IMG/VR virus record: IMGVR_UViG_3300023243_000351
Origin: a virus
Length of the DNA: 64,000 bases
Reading direction: 5' to 3' (one strand)
Under the pieces are notes generated by a model. The model saw only the letters and a list, made by a program, of their open reading frames with translations, did not search any database and had not been told where the DNA came from. Shown in pieces: positions 37,120 to 46,743 of the stretch (the first letter of the stretch is position 1; each line of letters begins with the position of its first letter). A program made the translations under genes and the position numbers.

Positions 37120-37605
37120 TTAGGTAATTCCGGTACCGTTGATGTACCAGGTGTTGGTGTCCACTTTCAACACTGTAGCAACACCATAGTTTCCAACTAC
37201 TCTTGCAACACTTGTGCTATTGCCTGCTAGGAATAACCCAACGTTAGAAGCCATTGGCTCAACTCTAACAACTCCGGCAGCGTTTGCAATTATCTGCATC
37301 TCTGTGCCAATTGGCAATGCTAGGTTTGCATTAAACGGAATGGTAATACTCCTAACAGTACCGTCAGCATAAAAATGCTTGCCGCGATCTGCATTGGCCA
37401 GTGTCACGTTTGAGGACAATACCGTTTGTGGTACGTCATTGCCTATTAGGAATCCACCTGCTGTGGCTCCGTCTTGCACCCTTACTGCATTTAGGTCTGT
37501 GTCAACAACAAGCTCGCCTACTAGGCCTGTATAAGTTGAGCTTACTGATGTATTGCCTCGCTTGGCCAATAAGTGTGTAGTTAGTGTTACGTTACTGGTT
37601 GTCAT
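37120..37605 (-). CDS. Short tail-fibre-like virion protein
   Basis: KRG..YTGLVGELVVDTD..VRVQDGATAGG N-module; C-terminal GVATVLKVDTNTWYING. Confidence 0.65.
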   Translation of the reverse strand: MTTSNVTLTTHLLAKRGNTSVSSTYTGLVGELVVDTDLNAVRVQDGATAGGFLIGNDVPQTVLSSNVTLANADRGKHFYADGTVRSITIPFNANLALPIGTEMQIIANAAGVVRVEPMASNVGLFLAGNSTSVARVVGNYGVATVLKVDTNTWYINGTGIT

Positions 37606-38099
37606 TATATTTGTCCCGAATCTATCACAGCATTAGCGGCAAAGTTAAGCGGATCGCTTTCGTACCATCCCGGCAATACTTCCATCTTTAATTGTGCGCC
37701 AAAGTTATCATCCACGTACAGAGGTCTGTCAATATTAGTTGTGCTGTTTGTTAGTTTAAGTGTAAGCAGATACATTCTCTGCTTTAGTGCTACTGTGGTT
37801 GCTTTAGGAATAGTTACACTGCACAAGCCAGTTGCGGCATTATCGATCGTAACAGCCAAACTTTCTACAGCACCCTTTTCGAATGGATCTTGGATGTCCA
37901 ATTGCATGGTGTTGCCGGTTAGATCAACGGCTTTCTGTTGTTGGTTTCTAACAACAATCTGTAGTGGGTTATCAATACCCTGGTATACTTTTATTGGCTG
38001 GCTGAACACGACATGTTTCCTTGGTGGCAAAAAGATTCCCTGGTCCAGAATTTGGACCCGGATAATATTATCATATAAATAACTTTGGATTTCATACAT
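37605..38099 (-). CDS. Virion/baseplate protein (BppU-like Ig fold)
   Basis: IKVYQGIDNPLQIVVRNQQQKAVDLTG...PLYVDDN; TAAATA 5 nt before the ATG. Confidence 0.55.
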   Translation of the reverse strand: MYEIQSYLYDNIIRVQILDQGIFLPPRKHVVFSQPIKVYQGIDNPLQIVVRNQQQKAVDLTGNTMQLDIQDPFEKGAVESLAVTIDNAATGLCSVTIPKATTVALKQRMYLLTLKLTNSTTNIDRPLYVDDNFGAQLKMEVLPGWYESDPLNFAANAVIDSGQI

Positions 38100-38120
38100 T
38101 AATGTATTTATTGAACTTAT

Positions 38121-38498
38121 ATGGTTGACATAGACTACGAGAAACTATTAACAGATTATCCCTTCCTAACCTACTTAATATATGGTAATAACGAATATAT
38201 AGGGATAATTCAGAATGTAGATGACATAGTCACTACAATATACGATTATGGTGCCTTGAAAAGCGTTGAAGAAAAGCAAATATTCTTAAAATTAGCTGAT
38301 ACATGGTGGTGGGAAAGTAATCGACTTATCCCTATAAACGTATTTTTAAAAGCAGAATGGCAGCCATTCAGAGTTGTTGTAAAAACTATGAACAGTAAAG
38401 GCGTAGAAATAAAATTTGGTCCGCAGATTAGTTTAAATTCGATATCGGCAAAACGCACAAAACGAAGAAGTATTACTCTTGTCCGGAAATTAAGTTAA
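38121..38498 (+). CDS. Conserved phage protein
   Basis: YPFL...EYIGIIQN...WWWESNRLIPINVFLK...KRRSITLV; TATAAATA at 38074-38081. Confidence 0.7.
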   Translation: MVDIDYEKLLTDYPFLTYLIYGNNEYIGIIQNVDDIVTTIYDYGALKSVEEKQIFLKLADTWWWESNRLIPINVFLKAEWQPFRVVVKTMNSKGVEIKFGPQISLNSISAKRTKRRSITLVRKLS

Positions 38499-39051
38499 TA
38501 TTTACAGCAACCAAGTGCGCATAACTTACTGCGTGTGCTTTCTTAAAGTAATAACTATCATCAGTCGGCTTTTCCCACACAGTTTTTTCAACTCCAGCCC
38601 AGGGCTTGCCTATTAGGTGGCGTTTTGCAGGACGCATAACAGCCAAGAACATTGCCAACTTTTCAATTGCGTTGATCTTTTCTGGCATCTGCACAAGAGT
38701 GCTGTAGTGATTTCCTATGTGTATAAGTTTACTACAAAAATCTGGATCATATAAACTTTCCCAAACTGGTTCCTGTGCCATCAATCGATCCAAGTGTGCT
38801 TCGTTTTTTATCTGTGAATACAATCCTACATTGAGAATGTCTAATTTAATGTACCCACGATCTTCTGCAGAGTCATGGTCGATTGTAGCAAAGCCCGTAA
38901 ATGGATCAACTGGAATATCAGTAAAGTATACACCTGTGTTATGTTTAACAAGACCGGTGTTACGCAATATACTAGCTGGAGTTTGTTTAAAATACTTCAG
39001 AGCTTTTACTCTATCACCTACATCGATATCAATATCACTGGTAAACTTCAT
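38473..39051 (-). CDS. Miniature DNA polymerase III alpha (DnaE)-like protein
   Basis: SDIDID, KHNTGVYF, GYIKLDIL, LAVMRP, YYFKKAHAVSYA correspond in order to DnaE motifs, in 192 aa. Confidence 0.75.
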   Translation of the reverse strand: MKFTSDIDIDVGDRVKALKYFKQTPASILRNTGLVKHNTGVYFTDIPVDPFTGFATIDHDSAEDRGYIKLDILNVGLYSQIKNEAHLDRLMAQEPVWESLYDPDFCSKLIHIGNHYSTLVQMPEKINAIEKLAMFLAVMRPAKRHLIGKPWAGVEKTVWEKPTDDSYYFKKAHAVSYAHLVAVNINLISGQE

Positions 39052-39728
39052 AATCCTGCTTCCGCTAACAAGTGTTTAGTCCACTCTACATCACCCATGT
39101 AGTCAATAAACTTTCTATTCCAGTAGTCTGGATCAATCCAGGGGAGGATAACACTAATTTGATCATCCCCAAGAGTAGATAACCAATCCACACCGGAAAC
39201 ACAATTAAACACAATCCAAGGACTAATGCGCCCGGTACTGATATGATGGCAAATCCTATTAGCATTACCATACCGAAAATAGTCTTGGAACCCCGCAAGT
39301 CCCGAACCGTTGCTTGCATAATCTTCCATGGTTTTAAGAGCACGTTCAAGAGCATCCTGTACTGCCTCCTTCTTTAAGTATTCACGCATCCATTCATCAT
39401 AAAAAACATCTTTTGTCCAGTAGTCTAGTTTCTTGTTATTTTTCAATAACCAAGTTGTGTAATTTTGTATGTTGAGGCATTTGATGTTAACACAATGCCT
39501 GCCAAATTTTACAAATGCCTTGTAGTATGGACTGGTTATAAAGTCTGCATAACTTTTGTTTTTTGCACTGCCCTGTGTTGTTTCGAAAAACTGCAAGTAA
39601 GCTCTAAGTCCAAACTGCACACCTGTTTCTTTTTCCTGTTGCCATCGTCGCTTGGGCTCACAGAGATGTGCCGCAAGTGTTGATTCCTTGCGATAACTCT
39701 TACTACAGTACTTACAGGTGTAACTCAT
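39048..39728 (-). CDS. Conserved phage protein with N-terminal zinc finger
   Basis: YTCKYCSKSYRKESTLAAHLC; GRISPW; coupled to the mini-DnaE gene. Confidence 0.7.
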   Translation of the reverse strand: MSYTCKYCSKSYRKESTLAAHLCEPKRRWQQEKETGVQFGLRAYLQFFETTQGSAKNKSYADFITSPYYKAFVKFGRHCVNIKCLNIQNYTTWLLKNNKKLDYWTKDVFYDEWMREYLKKEAVQDALERALKTMEDYASNGSGLAGFQDYFRYGNANRICHHISTGRISPWIVFNCVSGVDWLSTLGDDQISVILPWIDPDYWNRKFIDYMGDVEWTKHLLAEAGL

Positions 39729-40440
39729 GTTTCCTTATATGTGTTTCCAAGTAGTTGTTTATCCATTCGTGTGCGCCTGCCTCACGGTGTCGCATTTCTG
39801 CTTCTATGTGTTCTTCGTCGGACATGTATGGCACTCCTGCTCTGTGTTGCTCGCGTACAGCACACCATGTAAAATCATTTACTATGTTTTTATTACCTTT
39901 TAGTAATTTTATTCTATTAGGTGCTTTTATCAATGTATCGGGCCACCAAATGTCTGCTTGTTGATATATTATACAGTTATGTCCTCGATGTGTCAAACTA
40001 TCGATCATTGCTAACATTTGGTACATTAAATTTTCTACTCTATCTACTAGAGATAGTTTTTCATACCGTTCTCTAAACAAGATCCACTGTTTGGTTTCCC
40101 AGTCGTTCCATTCTGCTACCCATCTATTCTTACCAAAATGTTGATTTTGTGGGTTGGTCCAAGCACCTTCCCATACTTCTTGTTTGGTATGTCTATCTGT
40201 GTAGTGGCAAATGGGTAGTTCTTCCCTGCTTATAAAAGTAAACCCTATTACATATAGAGTCTTGTGCGGTGTTTCGTGACTGTGTTTGAGTGTTGTTCTA
40301 ATGATCCGACTATTAGCACTTCCTGTTATGCTAATGTCATGCGGTGTTAAGTTAAATCTCTTTGCCAGATCAATATGACCGTTGCCTTGAGTATATGACG
40401 CCATGTAACTGCATCCGTTAGTAACTAGTTCAGTAATCAC
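39712..40440 (-). CDS. SGNH-like protein
   Basis: LVTNGCSY, GSANSRIIRTT, late His (HREAGAH). Confidence 0.55.
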   Translation of the reverse strand: MITELVTNGCSYMASYTQGNGHIDLAKRFNLTPHDISITGSANSRIIRTTLKHSHETPHKTLYVIGFTFISREELPICHYTDRHTKQEVWEGAWTNPQNQHFGKNRWVAEWNDWETKQWILFRERYEKLSLVDRVENLMYQMLAMIDSLTHRGHNCIIYQQADIWWPDTLIKAPNRIKLLKGNKNIVNDFTWCAVREQHRAGVPYMSDEEHIEAEMRHREAGAHEWINNYLETHIRKHELHL

Positions 40441-40898
40441 TTGAGTGCGTCTCTGATCTTCTTGTCTTCCCAGCCGTTCAACTTTGCTAGTTCTTTAAGT
40501 TCTTTCTTGTCGCTAATTTCTGCTAGTGTTTGCAAGTCTTCATCTGTGTAGTCTGGATAAAAGTTGCGCAAGAACTTAACCACCTTGTTGTTGTTAACAC
40601 GTTTCTTTTGTTTGATCCATTCATGCCTGTGTGTGCCCATACCTGGACTTACAGTTGTTGCCAACAACCATTGCAGTTCTGGGTACTTGCTTAAATCAAA
40701 CCAATTTTTGTTTAATCGTTCATTGCAACTCATCAGATAGTATCCCTGCAATTCAGCACTGCCGCCTACTGCACTGCCCCAACGGATCATTAAGAAGTTG
40801 CTGAACTTTTTGCGTTCCTCATCGGTGAGTTCGCTATAGAATGATCTGTTCTTCTGATCAAACTGTTTCATTTCATAAAATATGTCTAGTTTATTCAT
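40437..40898 (-). CDS. Conserved replication-region protein (possible clamp-loader small subunit)
   Basis: ERKKFSNFLMIRWGS...NERLN...PELQW...HEWI pattern; product is inferred. Confidence 0.45.
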   Translation of the reverse strand: MNKLDIFYEMKQFDQKNRSFYSELTDEERKKFSNFLMIRWGSAVGGSAELQGYYLMSCNERLNKNWFDLSKYPELQWLLATTVSPGMGTHRHEWIKQKKRVNNNKVVKFLRNFYPDYTDEDLQTLAEISDKKELKELAKLNGWEDKKIRDALK

Positions 40899-41191
40899 AC
40901 TGGATGATGCATTGTTGGTCCGTCGTCGTCTTTCTTACTAAGTTCATACAGTACTTTAGCACGTTCTAGTGCTTCTTGCAAGGCGGGATTGCCCTTTGCG
41001 GCAGTTACAATTTTATGCCAATAGTGTGATTCTTGTATCCAGTTGTCAACTGGGTATGTTCCTATTAATACTCTTTCACTGTGTGATTTGCCAACAGGCC
41101 TACCCCAAATATTACCATATGTGTCGTTTTCGTAAATGTACTTGGTGCCTGTTTCTACTGTTTCCCATTCAATTTGATCTTTTGGATCCAT
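40895..41191 (-). CDS. Hypothetical phage protein
   Basis: YIYE...NPALQEALERAKVLYELSK...MHHPV. Confidence 0.6.
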   Translation of the reverse strand: MDPKDQIEWETVETGTKYIYENDTYGNIWGRPVGKSHSERVLIGTYPVDNWIQESHYWHKIVTAAKGNPALQEALERAKVLYELSKKDDDGPTMHHPV

Positions 41192-41774
41192 CTATGTATT
41201 TCCTTGCAGGTTCTGTAACTATGTATCTACCAGTTAGCCTATCCTGGAAGCCCTCAATGACTTCACGATGCAGGGGTAGATCTTCTAGCCCATAGTCAGG
41301 CGATGTACATTCGTAGTTGGTGTTGAACGTACTAGCAAAATAAATTTGCGGTATGTCAATGTCTTTAACACACTCATGCACAAACTTGTGGTGTAGGTGT
41401 CCATAATCACCATCTTCATTATGTGTCAGTATTAGTCTATAGCCACGTGCCAGGTACTGTATCTTTGCTTTTGCTTCTTTGCCATCGAATCCCAACTCGC
41501 CACGCTCTACATAACTGTAGTCATCACGGTTGCCCAGGAAATACGTATCAATGTTGTGCTTGCGCCAAAATGATCTTACTTCCCGTGCTCTGTCATCCTT
41601 GTCAAAGTAGGTTAGGTATATTATATCCCATTTGAATTCGGGATGAATATGCAGGAACGGATATCCAAATATAATGCAATCATCTGGATGTGCTACCAGC
41701 AGTAGTGCTCTACCAGCACTTGGAGTAGTCAACGATTTCACTCTGTCTTGAGATATCTTTAACAAAATATGCAC
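41169..41774 (-). CDS. PIG-L/LmbE-family N-deacetylase
   Basis: VAHPDDC and THNEDGDYGHLHH metal motifs; start uncertain because of overlap. Confidence 0.75.
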   Translation of the reverse strand: MHILLKISQDRVKSLTTPSAGRALLLVAHPDDCIIFGYPFLHIHPEFKWDIIYLTYFDKDDRAREVRSFWRKHNIDTYFLGNRDDYSYVERGELGFDGKEAKAKIQYLARGYRLILTHNEDGDYGHLHHKFVHECVKDIDIPQIYFASTFNTNYECTSPDYGLEDLPLHREVIEGFQDRLTGRYIVTEPARKYIDGSKRSN

Positions 41775-42213
41775 ACCTTGGCTTTTTTACATTAGTATCT
41801 AAGGGTATAGCAAGTAATTGTCCCGGACGTAATTTAGGGAAATACCATTTTACATCTTGGTATATGTCAGCTATTTCTATAGGAGCAAAACTTGGTCTGT
41901 AATCGGTTAACGGATTAAAAATATAAGTGTTGAATCCTCTATCATTAATACTTGTCAACGGAACTACTTCTAGGTCTCCTACGTCCGCTTCTCCGATCAG
42001 TACATGCCAATCCACAGGCATTTTAATCTGGGCGTCACCTATACGCAATACCAGTGCCGGGCTATTAAATGATTCAAGGAAGATCAAAGGAATGTAAAAG
42101 TAATCAGGATTACGAGGGTCGCTATTGTCTAGCACCGCAAAACGCATATCGTCTACTTCGTCAGGTATCTCATTTAGTTCATATGCTACATTATCAAGTG
42201 TTAGTATTCTCAT
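41710..42213 (-). CDS. Conserved phage protein
   Basis: MRILTLDN...LDNSDP..PDYFYIPLIFLESF...WYFPKL. Confidence 0.7.
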   Translation of the reverse strand: MRILTLDNVAYELNEIPDEVDDMRFAVLDNSDPRNPDYFYIPLIFLESFNSPALVLRIGDAQIKMPVDWHVLIGEADVGDLEVVPLTSINDRGFNTYIFNPLTDYRPSFAPIEIADIYQDVKWYFPKLRPGQLLAIPLDTNVKKPRCAYFVKDISRQSEIVDYSKCW

Positions 42214-43208
42214 TAGTAAGTTAATCTCCAGTTCTGAAAGCTATGGTCGTACCATATTTTTATATCGGCGTGGGGTTGTTTGGGGAAGTTTTTGTTTCTC
42301 ACCCTAATTAGGACTGTTTTTGCAGGACTGCCCCATATAGTGTCTTCGACACTCATGTAAATATCATCTATCATTCTTGCTCGCCATTTTACTATTATAA
42401 CAAAATTCTCATATTTACAAAAGGATGGTAAGTTTTCCTTTGGTATAGTAAAGGCAACATGATCAACACTGGTATTGGCATCGTTAAGGTCAACCACAAA
42501 TGGCTCATGTTGGTATTCACAATCAAACTTTAAATCAATACCATCTGCTTTAAAGTGAGGCAATTGCTGAAACAGATTGTTTATCATGTTGAATCTGTAT
42601 AGTGTACTATCCGCGGGATGTTTTTCCTGGAATGAGTGGTTAATTGTTTTTTCGTATGCGTGGTCGATCTCAATGTCAGGTTGAAATTCAAAGGCTTCTG
42701 ACTCGGCGTAGACTAAAGGTAGTATAGGATGGTTCTTGTAAATCTCTGCTGTTACTTCAATCTTTCCTGGAATAAAAGTTCCGCCCCACTGTTTAGCATG
42801 CTTGGACAGGTCAACAATATTCTCGTTAAAGATAGGATTGCCAATGGTCTCTGAAATAAAATAATCTATGTCGTCTGGAATATCCAATCTGTTACAACGT
42901 AAGAAGTTTTTGTTAATTACCTGTATGTTTGTAATACCAAGTTTACTGATCATGTCTCTGGCATACTCTGCTCGACCTGGATCCATTTCGATGCTGTAAA
43001 CTTTCTTTGCTCCGGCCTTGGCGGCTAGAATACTTAACAGTCCTGTGCCTGTACCTATGTCACACATGACACTGCCTGGTGCTACACGTTCTATCGCGGC
43101 TTTGTATGCAATATTACGTCCAGTATCATTGATCATTGGCATGTAAATACCGTTGTTTTTGAACCAATCAAAGTCGTCTGACGATTGTGTCAACGTATTG
43201 TCAGTCAT
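42213..43208 (-). CDS. SAM-dependent methyltransferase, protein-arginine-methyltransferase-like
   Basis: MINDTGRNIAYKAAI, DIGTGTGLLSILAAKAGAKKVYSIE, ISETIGNPIFNE. Confidence 0.75.
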   Translation of the reverse strand: MTDNTLTQSSDDFDWFKNNGIYMPMINDTGRNIAYKAAIERVAPGSVMCDIGTGTGLLSILAAKAGAKKVYSIEMDPGRAEYARDMISKLGITNIQVINKNFLRCNRLDIPDDIDYFISETIGNPIFNENIVDLSKHAKQWGGTFIPGKIEVTAEIYKNHPILPLVYAESEAFEFQPDIEIDHAYEKTINHSFQEKHPADSTLYRFNMINNLFQQLPHFKADGIDLKFDCEYQHEPFVVDLNDANTSVDHVAFTIPKENLPSFCKYENFVIIVKWRARMIDDIYMSVEDTIWGSPAKTVLIRVRNKNFPKQPHADIKIWYDHSFQNWRLTY

Positions 43209-44016
43209 TTATGGTAAACCTGTTCCTTATAATGTCCGCATACCTATCTGCTAGATATTCTTGACTTTGTTCTGCACCATGGTATCCTGGGTCTTCACCC
43301 GAGAACGGATATTCATTGGTTGCATACGCTGGCGTGTCTTCAAACTTGAGTGTAAAGTGTTGATCTGGTATCGAAGTAGGAAAGTGATCTCTAACCATGT
43401 CACTGGTCCATATATTACATGCCACCAACAAGAAAGGGATCTTGTAATAGTGTAACTGCATGATGCCATCACGTATGATCCACCTGTCTTGTTGTAGTTT
43501 CCAGTTACTGTCGTACATGAAGTTAATGTATTGTCTTACTGCCTGGTTTGTATTCTTGTCTAACTGCTGACTACGGTAATGATGATCATAGTTTTCTGCT
43601 AAACTAAAAATAGTTTCTGATATCATTCTGTAGTTGTTGTTACCCCAGTTGATATTGTTAACTCCTGCCGCTGGATCATAACCTGTGCCGTGATCAGTTT
43701 GCAGGTGTTGCTGTAGGTCACTGTTCCACCCTTTGTTTTCATTCTTAGGTGCTACATAAGGGGCGGCACCTCCTGGTATTTCCATCCTGTCAGCGAACGT
43801 GGGTGCTACTATAGCAAAGTCTGGCTTTTGGCGTAGTATCTCATCTACCATTACACGTATGCCGCCATTGCTCATGCCTTGACGTGCCAGGTGTACCAAA
43901 TCCCAATCCAGCTTGGCCGCTAGTTTTTCACCCCAGCTGGTTCCTAGTAGTGCAGGGTCTGTACTGGGCGCACTGAAACTGCACCCTGTGATCATTAGTT
44001 TTTTTCTTATTGCCAT
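43201..44016 (-). CDS. SGNH-like protein
   Basis: LMITGCSFS, LARQGMSNGGIR, DPGYH. Confidence 0.55.
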   Translation of the reverse strand: MAIRKKLMITGCSFSAPSTDPALLGTSWGEKLAAKLDWDLVHLARQGMSNGGIRVMVDEILRQKPDFAIVAPTFADRMEIPGGAAPYVAPKNENKGWNSDLQQHLQTDHGTGYDPAAGVNNINWGNNNYRMISETIFSLAENYDHHYRSQQLDKNTNQAVRQYINFMYDSNWKLQQDRWIIRDGIMQLHYYKIPFLLVACNIWTSDMVRDHFPTSIPDQHFTLKFEDTPAYATNEYPFSGEDPGYHGAEQSQEYLADRYADIIRNRFTIND

Positions 44017-45461
44017 TCTGTTTTCTCCACGGCAAACGGATAGTTTGCATCTCGATAAAATGCTTTACGTTTAGTCAGGTGTCTTTTTGCGAACTTGCAG
44101 GTACTGGTTATGTCCCAGATCTGTACGAAGTCTTTGTCTTGGGCTTTACGAATACCCCTACCAATTGACTGGATAACCCGTACAAAACTTTTACCAGGCT
44201 CAATGAGAACCAGATTAAAAATACGGGGAATGTTAATGCCAACACTAGCAACGCCATAGGTGGCGATGATGATCTTACCTTCTGCCTCTGCCACTTCGTC
44301 ATAATGTTCTTTTCGCTCCAATGCTTTGGTTGCACCTGACACAAATACACTACCGGGCAAGCGTGAGTGTAGTTCTTTGCCTGAGTTTATTCTGTCTACT
44401 AGAATAAGTGTATTACCTGTGTCTGTAATTTTACTTATCATTTCTGAAATGTAGTCTAAACGATCGCTGTTCTCCAGCAGATACTTTAACTCACTTTGGT
44501 AGTTGGTGTATTCAGTATGGTCGACTAACTGTACAACATTAACATGGCACATAGCCAGGTGTCCTGCTTCCTGTAGTTCACGTGCGCTTAGTTGTCCAAT
44601 AACAGGTCCCAAGTTGCAGAATATACTCATGAATTCAAACTGCTCTTTGGGTATTGTGCCGGTTAGTCCCCAACGGATTGGGATACATCCCATAGGTCCA
44701 CTCAGCAGTGTTTTAAGTGCGTCTGCTTTAGCACCGTGTACTTCATCAACAATAACACCAACAACACCTTCTAAGAACTCGCCTATAGTAATATCTGCTT
44801 CTGCGTTCCTAGTTTGTTTAAGCATGTTGTTGAGGCTTTGCCAAGTACATATTGTGTGCAGCCGACCAAACTCTTTTCTATCGCCATAGTAAACACCAAC
44901 GTCCAGGTCCAAGTTAACAAAGTCTTCTTCTGTCTGTGTAACCAAGCTCTTGTTGGGCACGATAATAATAGTGCGGCCGTACTCACCAACCTTGTCAGCA
45001 AGTGCCGCAGTCATAATAGTTTTACCTGCGCCTGTTGCTACTTCTTGTACGCACTGGGGGTTCTTTAAGAAGCCGTTAATCAATTCAACTTGGTAGTCCC
45101 TGAGTTCTATTGGTTCACCAACCTTGGGATGATTCTTGGGCCATACTTTGTGTGAGTAACTTTGTTCATTTACTTCTGTAAAGTCAAAGTTAGTTCTGTA
45201 GTCTCTGAGGTCTTCTACTTCAAGATCGTAACCTTGTTCATCTAGATACGGAAGTATCTCTGGTAATATATTAATGTAGGTGCTACCGCCAAGATTAAAG
45301 AATGGCACTTTACCATCCCAGCGTCCTAGTCTGACTGCTGGTTGATAACGTGCGCCAGGAACATCAAACTTATACTTGCGCACCAATGCCGTCCTGGTAC
45401 CAAGTTCTAGTCCTTCGATCTTTACATTAACTTCATCTTTAATTATTAACTTGGCTTTCAA
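44007..45461 (-). CDS. SF2 DNA helicase, UvsW-like
   Basis: LRDYQ, ATGAGKT, VDEVH, GLTGT, QSIGRGIR; TTG start behind AAGGA. Confidence 0.9.
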   Translation of the reverse strand: MKAKLIIKDEVNVKIEGLELGTRTALVRKYKFDVPGARYQPAVRLGRWDGKVPFFNLGGSTYINILPEILPYLDEQGYDLEVEDLRDYRTNFDFTEVNEQSYSHKVWPKNHPKVGEPIELRDYQVELINGFLKNPQCVQEVATGAGKTIMTAALADKVGEYGRTIIIVPNKSLVTQTEEDFVNLDLDVGVYYGDRKEFGRLHTICTWQSLNNMLKQTRNAEADITIGEFLEGVVGVIVDEVHGAKADALKTLLSGPMGCIPIRWGLTGTIPKEQFEFMSIFCNLGPVIGQLSARELQEAGHLAMCHVNVVQLVDHTEYTNYQSELKYLLENSDRLDYISEMISKITDTGNTLILVDRINSGKELHSRLPGSVFVSGATKALERKEHYDEVAEAEGKIIIATYGVASVGINIPRIFNLVLIEPGKSFVRVIQSIGRGIRKAQDKDFVQIWDITSTCKFAKRHLTKRKAFYRDANYPFAVEKTEWQ

Positions 45462-45462
45462 T

Positions 45463-46620
45463 CTATTTTCCTTTGTATGTATTGTACACTTCTGTAGCAA
45501 AGAACACAACCTTTTCTGCACGTTGCAACAATAAAGTTTTTTCTGCACCATGCATCATGCCAGCACTGGTTACTAACAAAGGAATATCCTGTGGCCAGTG
45601 TGAACGATATTTGGTAAAGTACACAACCTTTTTGTCTGTTGTGTCGATAGGTTCATTGTTACGTGGTGCAAATAATACCTCATCTTCGTTAAAATAACCT
45701 AACACAAACTTATCGCGTAGTCTGTTACTAAGGTCTGGTTCGTATACATAAACTGGTAATCTTTCTGTAACCTGTGCATAGACAAATAGTGCATCCAGCA
45801 CTTCTTTGTTGGCATCTGGGTTGTAGTTTACATGATTACCTTTTAGTAGGTTAAACAAGCGTGTGCTTTCAAACTTTTTCAAGAACAAGTCTTCAACTTG
45901 CTGACTCACTAAGAAATAGCACACACCAGCCAGATCGATAACTTTTATTAAGTTGTTGATAGTTATGTCTCCTGCTTTCTTGGTCACAAATTCTAACAGC
46001 GATGCAGGGGCATTACGAATAACCAACTGAGTGTCCACAACATCCAACTGTACGTGTTGTGGTTTAGTCTGCGTTATCTTTTTCTCAATATCAAACAGTT
46101 GTGAGTCAATTTCAAAATCATGATGCCTCGCAATAAACATTGTAGCGGCTAAGTTGGGCTCTGTTAGTGCTATGCGCCACTGTTTGGTTTCTTCATTATG
46201 AAAACGCCAACTACCGCAACTGATCTTAGTAGCATCTCTAACCATGTCAACAATCTTAGGTTCAAAAGAAAACTGTAGTACTATTTGGTCTTGCTCTAGC
46301 CACATCATTCGTCTGCGATCAATTGTACGCAAAGGCTTTCTGTACTGGGGATTTTCAACAGGAGCAACGTCTACTCTTTTTGCCTCCAATTGTCGTTTGT
46401 ATTTTAAAATCAGTTTGCAAGCCAGTTCGGCCTGCTTGTCTGTTAACCCTTGTCCCCCGCGGACACTTGTGGCCATGCTGTTAATTACTCTAACATCATA
46501 CCTAGCCAAACTGATTATGGGCTCTATCTTCCCGAACATACCGTAGTACTTGTTGGTTACCGGATCCCTGTCACCATTTATAATTTCTAAGTAATCTTCA
46601 ACGTAGGTAAATTTTTGCAT
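45463..46620 (-). CDS. Conserved hypothetical protein
   Basis: 385 aa (LTDKQAELA..LILKY); promoter TTGACT, 17 bp, TATACT upstream. Confidence 0.7.
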   Translation of the reverse strand: MQKFTYVEDYLEIINGDRDPVTNKYYGMFGKIEPIISLARYDVRVINSMATSVRGGQGLTDKQAELACKLILKYKRQLEAKRVDVAPVENPQYRKPLRTIDRRRMMWLEQDQIVLQFSFEPKIVDMVRDATKISCGSWRFHNEETKQWRIALTEPNLAATMFIARHHDFEIDSQLFDIEKKITQTKPQHVQLDVVDTQLVIRNAPASLLEFVTKKAGDITINNLIKVIDLAGVCYFLVSQQVEDLFLKKFESTRLFNLLKGNHVNYNPDANKEVLDALFVYAQVTERLPVYVYEPDLSNRLRDKFVLGYFNEDEVLFAPRNNEPIDTTDKKVVYFTKYRSHWPQDIPLLVTSAGMMHGAEKTLLLQRAEKVVFFATEVYNTYKGK

Positions 46621-46656
46621 GTTAGATATAAGTATACACTAGTATTAGAAGAAGTC

Positions 46657-46743
46657 AAAAAAAGACCTACCGGATTATTACATCCGATAGGCCCAAGGGA
46701 ACCGACATAAAAGGAGCTAACAAAAATGTCGGTTTACTGCTCG
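46657..46743 (-). ncRNA. Candidate structured 3'-UTR RNA: anti-Shine-Dalgarno-loop hairpin plus terminator
   Basis: 9-bp stem (46700-46708 / 46726-46734) with loop UUUUGUUAGCUCCUUUU, then a 12-bp terminator stem with G-U pairs and U7. Confidence 0.55.

Noticed and set aside
41690-41774. Programmed frameshift or readthrough into the LmbE gene
   Set aside because: The start is unclear, but in-frame GTG/TTG codons exist in the overlap and there is no slippery sequence; evidence is insufficient.
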